This document shows, in pieces, positions 52,489 to 64,000 of a stretch of 64,000 nt of DNA. The stretch comes from a virus (lineage: Duplodnaviria; Heunggongvirae; Uroviricota; Caudoviricetes), in IMG/VR virus record IMGVR_UViG_2651869695_000003. The stretch is one strand, 5' to 3'. The translations under genes and the position numbers were made by a program. The notes beneath the pieces were generated by a model, which saw only the letters and a list, made by a program, of their open reading frames with translations, had not been told where the DNA came from and searched no databases. Numbering within the stretch: the stretch's first letter is position 1; every line of letters starts with the position of its first letter.

Positions 52489-52651
52489 TTTTTTCAGGTA
52501 ACTCGTCGGCATCGCAGAAACAACAACGCTCGATCATGTTGAAAGCCGATTCGTAGAACTGTTTTTGCTGAGTGTCGCTGAGACAGGAAAAGAGCGACGT
52601 TACGATGATTTTATTAATTGCATTATCAAGTTCTTTTTCATCAAAAGTCAT
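52406..52651 (-). CDS. Hypothetical protein
   Basis: 81-aa ORF, convergent with 52192..52488. Confidence 0.3.
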   Translation of the reverse strand: MTFDEKELDNAINKIIVTSLFSCLSDTQQKQFYESAFNMIERCCFCDADELPEKIRKQLADALRVRLSDQFSEMCSPNLDK

Positions 52652-53088
52652 TTGATTTTCCTTTTATGTATACGGGCTTAAAAGGATACCACCGAGCCTG
52701 AAGTGGTGAAAAGACAGGCACATAACAGCTAAGTATTTTCAACCAGAGAGAATCCTTAGCGTTGTGGTGAATGCGGCTCAGCGCACGCGGGTTAAGGTTG
52801 AGGCTGACAGTCGACCTTCTGTGGATACCCACCCGTCTGGTGTGCAACCTTCGCCAGGCACCGGGAGGCACCCGGCACCACAACTTTATGCTGTGTGTAG
52901 TCCTGGCGGTACCAGTTTGTACCCTTGCTTCCGGCTGGTACCGTCCTTTTTACAAAACAGAGAAGAGCATCACCGGACGACGGGCTCATAACCCAATCCA
53001 TCCGGGCGGCTGCCACCGCAGGTGTTCTTCTCTGTTTTGTGGAGAAACTAATCGGCCTTGCAGGGTCGATATGATGAGGAGCAGCAAA

Positions 53089-53451
53089 ATGGCTAGCGAA
53101 CGCAGTACTGATGTGCAGGCATTTATCGGGGAGCTGGACGGCGGCGTATTTGAAACCAAAATCGGCGCAGTTCTCAGTGAAGTCGCTTCCGGTGTGATGA
53201 ACACGAAAACCAAAGGTAAGGTCTCACTCAACCTGGAAATCGAACCATTTGATGAGAACCGTGTGAAAATCAAACACAAACTCTCATATGTTCGCCCGAC
53301 TAACCGCGGGAAAATTTCTGAAGAAGACACCACCGAAACGCCGATGTATGTCAATCGCGGTGGTCGCCTGACTATTCTGCAGGAAGACCAGGGACAATTA
53401 CTGACTCTTGCCGGTGAACCTGACGGAAAACTCCGCGCAGCAGGTCATTAA
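53089..53451 (+). CDS. Hypothetical protein (YfdP-like position)
   Basis: 120 aa; GAGGAG RBS 8 bp upstream of ATG at 53089; N-terminal extension of track ORF rejected. Confidence 0.4.
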   Translation: MASERSTDVQAFIGELDGGVFETKIGAVLSEVASGVMNTKTKGKVSLNLEIEPFDENRVKIKHKLSYVRPTNRGKISEEDTTETPMYVNRGGRLTILQEDQGQLLTLAGEPDGKLRAAGH

Positions 53452-53516
53452 TATCGTTTTTAATTAACTGATTATTTATCTCATCACTGAATATTTTTAT
53501 ATAGTGAGGACTTATT

Positions 53517-54341
53517 ATGTCTCAGAACTTAGACGCAACCGCAATTAATCAAATCCATGCCCTTATTTCTGCTCAGGGTGTTAATGAAATTATCAGTAAG
53601 ATTGGTGCCGACGCAGTGGCATTACCTGAAAATTTCCGCATTCATGATCTGGAAAAATTTAATTTAAATCGCTTCCGTTTCCGTGGTGCGCTTTCCACTG
53701 CCAGCATCGATGACTTTACCCGTTATTCTAAAGATCTTGCAGATGAAGGCACCCGCTGCTTTATCGATGCCGATAATATGCGAGCCGTCAGTGTGCTTAA
53801 CCTGGGTACTATTGATGAACCAGGTCACGCAGATAACACTGCCAATCTCAAACTGAAAAAGACAGCACCGTTCTCTGCCCTGTTGTCTGTTAACGGCGAG
53901 CGTAACTCCCAGAAGTCACTGGCAGAATGGATTGAAGACTGGGCCGACTACCTTGTGGGCTTTGATGCTAATGGTGACGCCATTCAGGCAACCAAAGCGG
54001 CTGCGGCGATCCGTAAAATCACAATTGAAGCGAACCAGACCGCTGATTTTGAAGATAATGACTTCAGCAGCAAACGCTCCCTGATGGAGTCTGTCGAAGC
54101 GAAGACCAAAGACATTATGCCAGTGGCATTTGAATTTAAATGCGTTCCGTTTGAAGGTCTGAAAGAACGTCCGTTTAAATTACGCCTCAGCATTATCACT
54201 GGCGATCGTCCTGTACTGGTTCTGCGCATTATTCAGCTGGAAGCGGTACAGGAAGAAATGACTAACGAATTTCGTGATCTGCTTGTTGAGAAATTCAAGG
54301 ACAGCAAAGTAGAAACCTTTATTGGTACTTTCACCGCCTGA
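53517..54341 (+). CDS. YfdQ-like protein (DUF2303-type prophage protein)
   Basis: 274 aa; length and gene order match E. coli CPS-53 yfdQ as recalled. Confidence 0.4.
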   Translation: MSQNLDATAINQIHALISAQGVNEIISKIGADAVALPENFRIHDLEKFNLNRFRFRGALSTASIDDFTRYSKDLADEGTRCFIDADNMRAVSVLNLGTIDEPGHADNTANLKLKKTAPFSALLSVNGERNSQKSLAEWIEDWADYLVGFDANGDAIQATKAAAAIRKITIEANQTADFEDNDFSSKRSLMESVEAKTKDIMPVAFEFKCVPFEGLKERPFKLRLSIITGDRPVLVLRIIQLEAVQEEMTNEFRDLLVEKFKDSKVETFIGTFTA

Positions 54342-54468
54342 TTTCATTACTGCAAATGCCCCTGCGGGGGCATTTATGGAAACGTAATTAACTCAATAAT
54401 CACCGGATGGTGAGGGCTTCCTTTTACCAGAATTCAGCGCGGTGCAGTGCATATACGTGGAGAACAAA

Positions 54469-54993
54469 ATGTCATTTATTAGAACTTTTTCCGGGAAGCA
54501 TTTTTATTATGAAAGGATAAATAAAGACGACATCGATATTAACGATATCGCGGTTTCCCTTTCAAATATCTGTCGCTTTGCCGGTCATCTTTCGCACTTC
54601 TACAGCGTCGCCCAACATGCGGTTCTTTGCAGCCAGCTGGTGCCGCAGGAATTTGCTTTTGAAGCGTTAATGCATGATGCAACAGAAGCGTATTGCCAGG
54701 ACATTCCCGCACCACTGAAACGCCTTCTTCCTGACTATAAACGAATGGAAGAAAAAATAGACGCCGTAATCCGTGAGAAATACGGGTTACCCCCGGTTAT
54801 GAGTACGCCCGTGAAATATGCCGATCTCATCATGCTGGCAACCGAACGCCGCGATCTCGGGCTTGATGATGGCTCTTTCTGGCCCGTACTGGAAGGTATC
54901 CCGGCAACAGAGATGTTCAAAGTTATTCCACTGTCGCCAGGCCATACCTATGGGATGTTTATGGAACGCTTTAAAGAGTTAACTGAGTCGTAA
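54469..54993 (+). CDS. HD-domain 5'-deoxynucleotidase (YfdR-like)
   Basis: His/Asp motifs (HAVLCSQ, MHDATEAY) typical of HD hydrolases. Confidence 0.55.
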   Translation: MSFIRTFSGKHFYYERINKDDIDINDIAVSLSNICRFAGHLSHFYSVAQHAVLCSQLVPQEFAFEALMHDATEAYCQDIPAPLKRLLPDYKRMEEKIDAVIREKYGLPPVMSTPVKYADLIMLATERRDLGLDDGSFWPVLEGIPATEMFKVIPLSPGHTYGMFMERFKELTES

Positions 54994-55101
54994 AAATCAG
55001 CACGTACGAATTCAAACTCTGCCATAAAAGAACATATAAGTAATTTATTAACATATAGATATAGGTTATATTACAAATTGAAAAATTATTGGAGAGCAAC
55101 A

Positions 55102-55968
55102 ATGAATCAAAATCCATTCTCATTCTATGACTTTCTTGGATATTTAATACCAGGTGGTTTTTTTATCCTATTAATGTATTTCTGTGGTTTGACATTCGAT
55201 CTAGATATTGTTATTGACTTAAGTGAATTGCTCAGAGGTCAAAGTCAAATCTTTGGCATTTTGAACTACGCTTCAATAGTTATTATATCTTATATAGCTG
55301 GACATTTTATTTCTATCACGTCAGCATTTTTTATCGAAAAATACATGAATAAAGAATTAGGATATCCTTCCAAATATCTATTTAAAAAATTGATAGATAC
55401 CTCAGAAAGCATTTGTAGCCCATCATGCGATGAGAGAAGCGCTGATAAAAAAACAAAAATAAAGAATCGCATAATCAAATGCGTATTATGTCCAATAATA
55501 CTATGGGATTTTATAACACAAAAACTATGTTATTCTCAATCTCTACCATTTCATTTAGCTAATACAACATGGTTAATGATCAAAGAAGGTTATGAGAAAA
55601 AGTTCATAACAAATCGCCAATTATTACAAGATAAAAACGGACTTGATGATGATCTCTTCAGATTGGCATATCATTATGTTTATGAGTTTTCAAAACAACA
55701 TCAAACAAAAATTCAAAACTATGTTGCATTATATGGTTTTTGCAGAAACATATGTTTAATCTTTATAATTTCATTTTGGGTATCAGTTCCAACCTTTATT
55801 TATCGATTATGTACTCATAGTGATTATCTTTATAGTTTACTTTCAATAATGCTTAGCTTTTTCTTCGTCTATGTCTTCTATGTTGGTTTTGTTAAATTTT
55901 ATAGAAGATATACTTTAGAAGTATTAATGGCATTTGCTGTACTTCAAAGTAACGACACTATTCGTTAA
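55102..55968 (+). CDS. AT-rich integral membrane protein (moron, unknown function)
   Basis: Very low GC; hydrophobic helices at both termini; between yfdR-like gene and xis. Confidence 0.45.
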   Translation: MNQNPFSFYDFLGYLIPGGFFILLMYFCGLTFDLDIVIDLSELLRGQSQIFGILNYASIVIISYIAGHFISITSAFFIEKYMNKELGYPSKYLFKKLIDTSESICSPSCDERSADKKTKIKNRIIKCVLCPIILWDFITQKLCYSQSLPFHLANTTWLMIKEGYEKKFITNRQLLQDKNGLDDDLFRLAYHYVYEFSKQHQTKIQNYVALYGFCRNICLIFIISFWVSVPTFIYRLCTHSDYLYSLLSIMLSFFFVYVFYVGFVKFYRRYTLEVLMAFAVLQSNDTIR

Positions 55969-56009
55969 TAATGTTGCTCCCGTGTGCAGACGGGATAATG
56001 GAGAAACGT

Positions 56010-56216
56010 ATGCTGAACCTCGATTGTGTTCCTATCTCAACTTATTGCAAAGAAACTGGCGAAACTCCTGAAGCAATAAACAAACGTGTACAGCGCGGTG
56101 TTTGGCGTGAAGGTGTTCAGGTTTTAAAGGTTGAAGGCGTTAAGGAGAGGTGGATTGATCTTAGTGAGGTTGCAAAATGGGCCAGACAAAACTGCTCAAA
56201 CTACCGCGCGGCGTAA
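56010..56216 (+). CDS. xis: Excisionase-like protein
   Basis: Small basic protein overlapping int start. Confidence 0.5.
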   Translation: MLNLDCVPISTYCKETGETPEAINKRVQRGVWREGVQVLKVEGVKERWIDLSEVAKWARQNCSNYRAA

Positions 56217-57352
56217 CAATCAGGAAACACCGCCAGGGAGAAACGATCAATATAACTTTCACCTACAAAGGAGTTAGATGTCGTGAGCCACTTTCCAATC
56301 TGGAAGTAACACCAAAGAACATTAAATACGCCGAGCGTACACTCGGCGAAATCCATAATAAGATCGAAAGGGGAACATTCATTTATGCAGAATATTTTCC
56401 CCGTTCTGCTCGTTTGAAAATTTTTGGTAATGCTGCCACTGGCAAAACGGTAAAAATGTACCTGGACGAATATCTTGAAATCTGCGAAACGAGGAAACTA
56501 TCACCATCCACGATTGGTGGTTATAAAAAATGCCGGAGTGCGTTAGCCTCGCTTCACATTTGCCCTGCAAGTGAATTAACACCAGCAACCCTGAAAGCGT
56601 GGATTCAAAGCCAAAAAACGACCTTAAAAACCATTCGCAACCAGTTATCTTTCCTGCGGTCAGCACTTGATGAAGCCGTAACCGATGGGGTACTTCAAAT
56701 TAATCCCGTATCGTTAGTAACTGCTTCGCGCTACCAAAGTGATAAGTCAGAAGCAGAAAGCAGCTACGTGGTTGATCCGCTATCACCAGCAGAAGTTGAT
56801 GCATTACTAGCAGCAGCCGGAAACAAACAATGGGAGAATCTGTTCCGGTTCGCTATACATACAGGTCTGCGTAGTTCTGAATTATGTGCCCTTCGATGGC
56901 GTGATATTGACTTTGTAGGGATGACTGCCCACGTCCAGAGCGCCAGTGTTGTTGGTGTAATCAAAGGTACCAAAACAAAAGCAGGTACTCGAAAAGTTGA
57001 ACTGACAGATGAAGCAATGTCTGCACTAATAAATCAGAAACCGTTCACTTTCATGAAGGACGCGACTGTCTTTGAAGATCCAAAAACCAATAAACCTTGG
57101 GCCAGCGCAGACGCCATAAGAAAGAAGGCATGGGTGCCAACTTTACGTAAAGCCGGAGTCCGTTACCGTAATCCTTATCAAACTAGACATACATTTGCTA
57201 CAAAACACATTAGTCAAGGTGTTAATTTGTTTTGGTTAGCCGCTCAAATGGGGCATAAAGGACCAGAAATGCTATTTAGGCATTACGGCCGTTATCTTAA
57301 AGATTATGATAACAATAGCACACACAATCATTTGATAAATTGTACTAATTAA
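56177..57352 (+). CDS. int: Tyrosine integrase (phage integrase family)
   Basis: 391 aa; C-terminal catalytic region (RHTFAT, HYGRYL); adjacent to att site. Confidence 0.85.
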   Translation: MGQTKLLKLPRGVTIRKHRQGETINITFTYKGVRCREPLSNLEVTPKNIKYAERTLGEIHNKIERGTFIYAEYFPRSARLKIFGNAATGKTVKMYLDEYLEICETRKLSPSTIGGYKKCRSALASLHICPASELTPATLKAWIQSQKTTLKTIRNQLSFLRSALDEAVTDGVLQINPVSLVTASRYQSDKSEAESSYVVDPLSPAEVDALLAAAGNKQWENLFRFAIHTGLRSSELCALRWRDIDFVGMTAHVQSASVVGVIKGTKTKAGTRKVELTDEAMSALINQKPFTFMKDATVFEDPKTNKPWASADAIRKKAWVPTLRKAGVRYRNPYQTRHTFATKHISQGVNLFWLAAQMGHKGPEMLFRHYGRYLKDYDNNSTHNHLINCTN

Positions 57353-57391
57353 ATGATAATCTCTACTTCTGATTGGAAGTAGAGATTTCAC

Positions 57392-58210
57392 ATGAATAAC
57401 ACAGATTTAATAAAAATGTTAGGTTACTCAATTACCACTACCGACTTCATAGCCATAATAAGTGTCATAATTGCATTTTTTGCAATGTACCAAACATGGC
57501 AGCAAAGAATAATTTCAAACAAACCTCAAATCTTACCTAAGAATATAAAATTCACATGGATGCACAGAGATAACTTGAAATTATTTAAGAACATAGAAAT
57601 ATCACCAACCACTTTGAATATAGAGCTTCTCAACATAGGTCTTGGCCCAGCTATAAAAATAAACCACTACTGGTCTGAAGAGTATGAGAAATATATTAAG
57701 ATAAACAAATTCAAAATAGATAATAACAACACACAAAAATCACATGAGATATTTTTGCAAAATGAAGAGTTTTTTACAATCAAAGACAACAATAACTTCT
57801 TGAATGTTGATATTTTTGGTAGAGGTCCGCAAAAACATAATAGCTTTCAAAAAAAAGGAACTTTGATAGAATTTATAACTCCGAATATTAAAGACAAAGA
57901 GAAAACAACCATACCATTTCCCCCATTGGTGCCGGAATTAATTGGTAATTATCTTGTAACCACCTCCATCTCATCGTTTATAGGGCCGGACCTTATCCTT
58001 GAATATAGAGATGTAAACAATAAGAAAAGAAAGAAAATTTTCACAACAGAATTTAAGAGCGTATCTTTTTACGGAAATGGCTTAGATCTAATTTTAGACA
58101 TAGATATTCTTTTCACATCCAAACAGTGTTGGACACAGGTTGTCCTAGAAAGGATACGCAAAAGCTACGCAGATTTTATGGATGAGCATGATTTTAATAA
58201 AAACAGATAG
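57392..58210 (+). CDS. AT-rich hypothetical protein with N-terminal TM helix (moron between int and attR)
   Basis: 272 aa, Asn/Lys/Ile-rich, very low GC. Confidence 0.45.
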   Translation: MNNTDLIKMLGYSITTTDFIAIISVIIAFFAMYQTWQQRIISNKPQILPKNIKFTWMHRDNLKLFKNIEISPTTLNIELLNIGLGPAIKINHYWSEEYEKYIKINKFKIDNNNTQKSHEIFLQNEEFFTIKDNNNFLNVDIFGRGPQKHNSFQKKGTLIEFITPNIKDKEKTTIPFPPLVPELIGNYLVTTSISSFIGPDLILEYRDVNNKKRKKIFTTEFKSVSFYGNGLDLILDIDILFTSKQCWTQVVLERIRKSYADFMDEHDFNKNR

Positions 58211-58223
58211 TTAAAAAAATTCG

Positions 58224-58263
58224 GACTCGGGTTCAACTCCCGCCAGCTCCACCAAAATTCTCC
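58224..58263 (+). other. ssrA: Partial 3' end of ssrA (tmRNA): prophage attachment site core (attR)
   Basis: TCGGACTCGGGTTCAACTCCCGCCAGCTCCACCA matches the E. coli tmRNA 3' end with one mismatch; upstream sequence is AT-rich phage ORF. Confidence 0.7.
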
Positions 58264-58302
58264 ATCGGTGATTACCAGAGTCATCCGATGAAGTCCTAAG
58301 AG

Positions 58303-58335
58303 CCCGCACGGCGCAAGCCCTGCGGGCTTTTTTGT
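58303..58335 (+). terminator. Rho-independent terminator downstream of ssrA 3' fragment
   Basis: GCCCGCA-loop-TGCGGGC followed by TTTTTTG. Confidence 0.6.
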
Positions 58336-58515
58336 GCCTTGAATTTGTCCCGCGAAGTCTGATGCCAACTAATTAAATCCGAACCTTTTAGGCACCTTGT
58401 TAGGCACCTCATAAAGCTTTATTGTTTTTGAGGTGCCTAAAACTATGGAAACCCGGCAATGGCAAGACAAACCAAACCTCTATCCGTTAAAGAAATCGAA
58501 TCTGCTAAACCCAAG

Positions 58516-60460
<1,945 letters not shown>

Positions 60461-61696
60461 AGTGACACCAAGGAAGCGGACTACGTTCTCTATGATGGCG
60501 ATGGCCTTGAGCTACTTATCAAATCCAGCGGGAGTAAAATCTGGCAGTTTCGCTACATTCGCCCTGTCACCAAGAAACGTGCGAAGAAGAGCATAGGCCC
60601 CTACCCGTCAGTTACGCTTGCCGATGCCAGAAACTACCGGGCAGAGTCACGCTCTCTCCTGGCGAAACAAATCGATCCACAGGAACATCAGCAAGAACAA
60701 CTTCGCAGTTCGCTTGAAGCTAAAACCAATACTTTCCAACTCGTGGCTGAACGATGATGGAATGTGAAGAAAGCCAGCGTGACAGAGGACTATGCCGACG
60801 ATATCTGGCGCTCTATTGAAGAGATGTCTTTCCTGCAATTGGCGACGTTAGCGTTACAGATATTAAAGCTCACACACTGGTTCAGGCCGTCCAACCGGTT
60901 CAGGCCAGAGGAGCAAAACCGTTTGTCGCCTGTGCCAGCGCATTAATGAGGTCATGACCTATGCCCAAAACACATGGCTGATTGATGCTGTTCCCAGCGT
61001 TAATATTGGTAAAGCCTTCGAGAAGCCTCAGTAAAAGAACATGCCCAGCATTCGACCGGATCAGCTACCTCAACTGATGCAGACAATGCGAACAGCCAGC
61101 ATTAGCCTTTCCACACGCTGCCTGTTCATGTGGCAACTTCTTACTATTACCCGCCCTGCCGAAGCGGCTGAAGCTCGCTGGGAAGAGATAGACATAGAAG
61201 CACAAGAGTGGAAGATTCCTGCAGCACGCATGAAAACGAACCGCGACCATACTGTTCCATTGTCAGATGAAGCAATTGCGATACTGGAGATGATGAAGCC
61301 GTTAAGTGGAAATCGAGAATTTATCTTTCCCAGCCGCATCAAGCCAAACCAGCCGATGAACAGTCAGACCGTAAACGCATAGCTAAAACGCGCAGGTTTT
61401 GGTGGGGTGCTCGTTTCACACGGCCTGCGATCTATCGCCAGTACAGCCCTTAATGAACAAGGCTTTCCGCCTGATGCCATTGAGGCAGCACTTGCCCATG
61501 TAGACAAGAATGAAGTTCGTCGCTCTTATAACCGCAGCGATTACCTGGAGCAGCGTCGTCCAATGATGCAGTGGTGGACGAATTTTGTTCAAGCGGCAGA
61601 TCGTGGAAGTATTATTGAAGGTGGGATGAAAGGAATGCGATTGGTTGGATAACGATTCACTCTGCCTACGTTATTACAAATAGCGTCCGATTAGAG

Positions 61697-62617
61697 GTGT
61701 GATTCATAGACATCGTTTCAATTTTCTCAGTTCAAGTTCAAGCTTGTAATTCTGTTCCTGTATATGCTCTTCATTGGGCTGATACTTTGCATGAACGGCA
61801 TCGGAGTATGGTGTTTTCTCAGCAAGTTCAAAGTAGCGCTCCATCGGAGTTTTACCGTTGTGAGCGCTATGAGGACGTTCCCAGTTATAGTAATGCTGCC
61901 ATTCTGCCTGCAGTTCCTTCAGGTCATCAGCAGAAAGATCTACGGTAGCGTAAGACTCTGCTTTGTCTGTCTTTTGGGAACGTTCAACCTTTCCGTTAAG
62001 ATGAGGTGACGCTGGCTTATTTGGACGAAACTTGATGCCGTATTATTTTAATCTTTCCTGCACTTTAACGGCAAAAAATTCTCTTCTCCGGTCTGTCTGA
62101 GAGCGCTATATCGGGAAAGGCATTTCTTCAATAACACAATCAATAAAATCCAGTGAGTTTACCGCCGTGCGACGAGAGTAGAGCCTCAGGACTCTGTAGC
62201 GAGTGCAATCATCAACAGATGTGTACTGATATAAGCCGGGGCCAATTTTACAGGTATCCATCTGAACCCGATCACCGGGAACAGGGCGTTCGTAGCGAAT
62301 GAAATCAACTTCACGCCGAAATTTAACAACAGGTTTAACCTGATTCTGGCAAAGGACTTTGTGGATTGTTGCTATTGCCAGTGAGTCGTTTTAACTCGCT
62401 TTGAATACGTCTTGCACCCAGATTTCGCTGAGAACGTAACTCCAGAATCAGAGCGACTTCGCAAGTACCGGTTTTCGTTGATGGTGAACGCTTGAGGCGA
62501 CGGCATATAAATCCCGCATCACCGGACGTTTCATAGAATTTTACCCACTGTAGCCGCTGCTGAATTTCCCTGTACATAGTGAGGTATTATAGTGAAACGA
62601 TGTCTATGAATCACACA
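61697..62617 (-). mobile_element. Degenerate IS remnant with 24-bp terminal inverted repeats
   Basis: GTGTGATTCATAGACATCGTTTCA at 61697..61720 and its reverse complement at ~62593..62617; transposase N- and C-terminal fragments inside. Confidence 0.55.
62335..62577 (-). pseudogene. Transposase N-terminal fragment (IS3/IS481-like)
   Basis: MYREIQQRLQWVKFYETSG...; C-terminal rve-like fragment (GIKFRPNKPASPHLNGKVERSQ...) near 61708..62040 in another frame. Confidence 0.5.
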
Positions 62618-62631
62618 ATTCAAAAATGACG

Positions 62632-62978
62632 ATCAAACAATTCTGTGAACAGGAACATATTCTGGTGTCCACAGAAGGTCATTTTACTGGTGTAACGGAT
62701 GAGGTACTGGCTGAGTTAAATCTCAAGCGACGTGTCGGTATTCTGTTAACAGCTTTTTGGTGATACCAGACATATTACGATTAACTGACATGATTGCTGT
62801 TGTACCCAGCCGTATGGTCCCGAACAACAGTGACCTTACTATCATTCCCTTACCGATTAAAATTCCAGGCTTCACTAAAAGCATGGCGTGGCACGAGCGT
62901 ACTCATCATGATCCAGCCCATCAATGGATTCGCGCTTTGTGCTTTGAGATAAACCAGCACTCCACAACGGTGATATAA
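62632..62978 (+). pseudogene. LysR-family regulator C-terminal fragment (frameshifted)
   Basis: Two frames joining near 62757; C-terminal AVVPSRMV...PLPIKIPG...WIRALCFEI pattern. Confidence 0.4.
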
Positions 62979-63113
62979 GTTTTCTTATTCAGATCATAAA
63001 GAATAACGATTGGCATTATAACACAATAATCTCAATAATTGTTGCTGCCACATTGAATACGGCTTCTGAAGCAACATGCTCAGCACAATTAATTACCGTA
63101 ACTGGAGAAATTT

Positions 63114-63610
63114 ATGAACGAGATTAACTGGCCTGAAGGTTTTGTTCCTGGTTTTACTGATAACTTTGTTTCCAATGAAATGATTATCTCTGGTCTTAAT
63201 GTTAAAGATATCTGGCCGCTTCTGAGTCAGCCATTCCTGTGGCCAAAAATTGTGCTGATATTCGCTTTTACGATAACAAAAAGCCAGAACTGGAAAATGG
63301 GGTGCGTTTCTATTTCAAAACCTTTGGTTTTCCTGTTGAAGCTCAGGTTGTGGAGTTTGTCCCACCGATGGAAGGCAAACCTGCTCGTCTGGCCTGGCAC
63401 GGATGGTCCGGTGAAGAAAATACTACTCAACGTCTCGATGTACATCATGCATGGTTACTGGAGGATCTTTCCAGTAACCGGGTACGTATCCTGACGCAGG
63501 AAACACAGAACGGAGTTCCGGCAAAAGAACTGGCAAATACTCGCCCGAACCCAATGCTGAATGGTCACCAGGCATGGCTTGATGGCCTAGTTGAAGCAGC
63601 AACGAAATAA
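63114..63610 (+). pseudogene. Hypothetical protein gene disrupted by frameshift
   Basis: ORFs 63114..63494 and 63239..63610 overlap in different frames and read as one protein. Confidence 0.4.
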
Positions 63611-63638
63611 TGACTGACTTTCTACTGTCATATCACTA

Positions 63639-63672
63639 AGGTTGCGCTTAATCGCAACCTCAAAAATTTTTA
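63639..63672 (+). terminator. Rho-independent terminator-like hairpin
   Basis: AGGTTGCG-cttaat-CGCAACCT followed by A/T-rich tract. Confidence 0.4.
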
Positions 63673-63903
63673 TCACTTTTTTACTCTTACTATTAGCCAC
63701 GGGTAAAAAGTGGCGTTTTCGCAACCAGTGAACGGTCACCTAAAAAATCACCGAAATTCTTATCAGTAGCTGAAGTAATGGTATTGCCGAGGACCATGTA
63801 AATCGTCTGAAAATGATGAAACTACAGATGTATGGTTGTTCTGGATTCGAATTACTGAGGCGAAGGGAAATGAGTCCACTGGCATGAAAATCTCCCCTAA
63901 GTT

Positions 63904-64000
63904 CTGTCTCTTGATCAGATCTCCTGATCAAGAGACTTCATCACCAGGTAACCCTCAACCATATCCTGAAGTCTGAACCAGCCATCCCACATGACGACCC
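63904..64000 (-). mobile_element. End of an IS50-like (IS4-family) element with transposase C-terminus; extends beyond window
   Basis: CTGTCTCTTGATCAGATCT at 63904..63922 matches the IS50 inside end as recalled; minus-strand translation ...WDGWFRLQDMVEGYLVMKSLDQEI* resembles Tn5 transposase C-terminus. Confidence 0.5.

Noticed and set aside
52771-53451. 226-aa track ORF as a single long gene
   Set aside because: The N-terminal 106 codons look non-coding (no RBS, odd composition); a strong GAGGAG RBS precedes the internal ATG at 53089, giving a 120-aa protein.
57900-58263. A complete ssrA (tmRNA) gene ending at 58263
   Set aside because: Only the last 36-40 nt match tmRNA; the upstream sequence is an AT-rich protein-coding ORF, so this is a partial att copy.

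Overview
This window is dominated by a lambdoid-type prophage with HK97-like head genes and a Mu-like contractile tail, integrated at the 3' end of ssrA (tmRNA). Reading right to left on the minus strand, the intact copy runs from a partial ssrA copy (attR, ~58224..58263) through int/xis, accessory genes, the cI/cro switch, an O-like replication gene with internal iterons, RusA, KilA-N, Q, lysis genes, terminase, head and tail genes, ending at a tail fibre gene (~23844). The most striking feature is that the whole late region is present twice as a mirror image: positions 1..22514 (plus strand) have identical translations for every ORF to 24202..46715 (minus strand, x maps to 46716-x). The two arms meet tail fibre to tail fibre across a 1.69-kb unique segment that encodes two different fibre C-terminal domains, each with its own assembly chaperone. 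Both edges of that segment carry a 26-bp imperfect dyad resembling gix/hix/cix invertase crossover sites, yet no serine invertase is encoded in the window. This looks like an orphan Mu-G-like host-range switch embedded in a giant inverted duplication, which may be real or an assembly artefact. Both arms also carry two low-GC moron loci: a two-gene cassette between Q and the holin that I tentatively compare to RexA/RexB, and a 252-aa single gene between Rz and the HNH endonuclease. Right of the prophage lies a decayed ssrA island: a P4-type integrase pseudogene split by an IS21-family (IS100-like) element, an IS remnant with 24-bp inverted repeats, a LysR fragment, and the end of an IS50-like element at the window edge. 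All product calls are from reading the translations; no database search was run.
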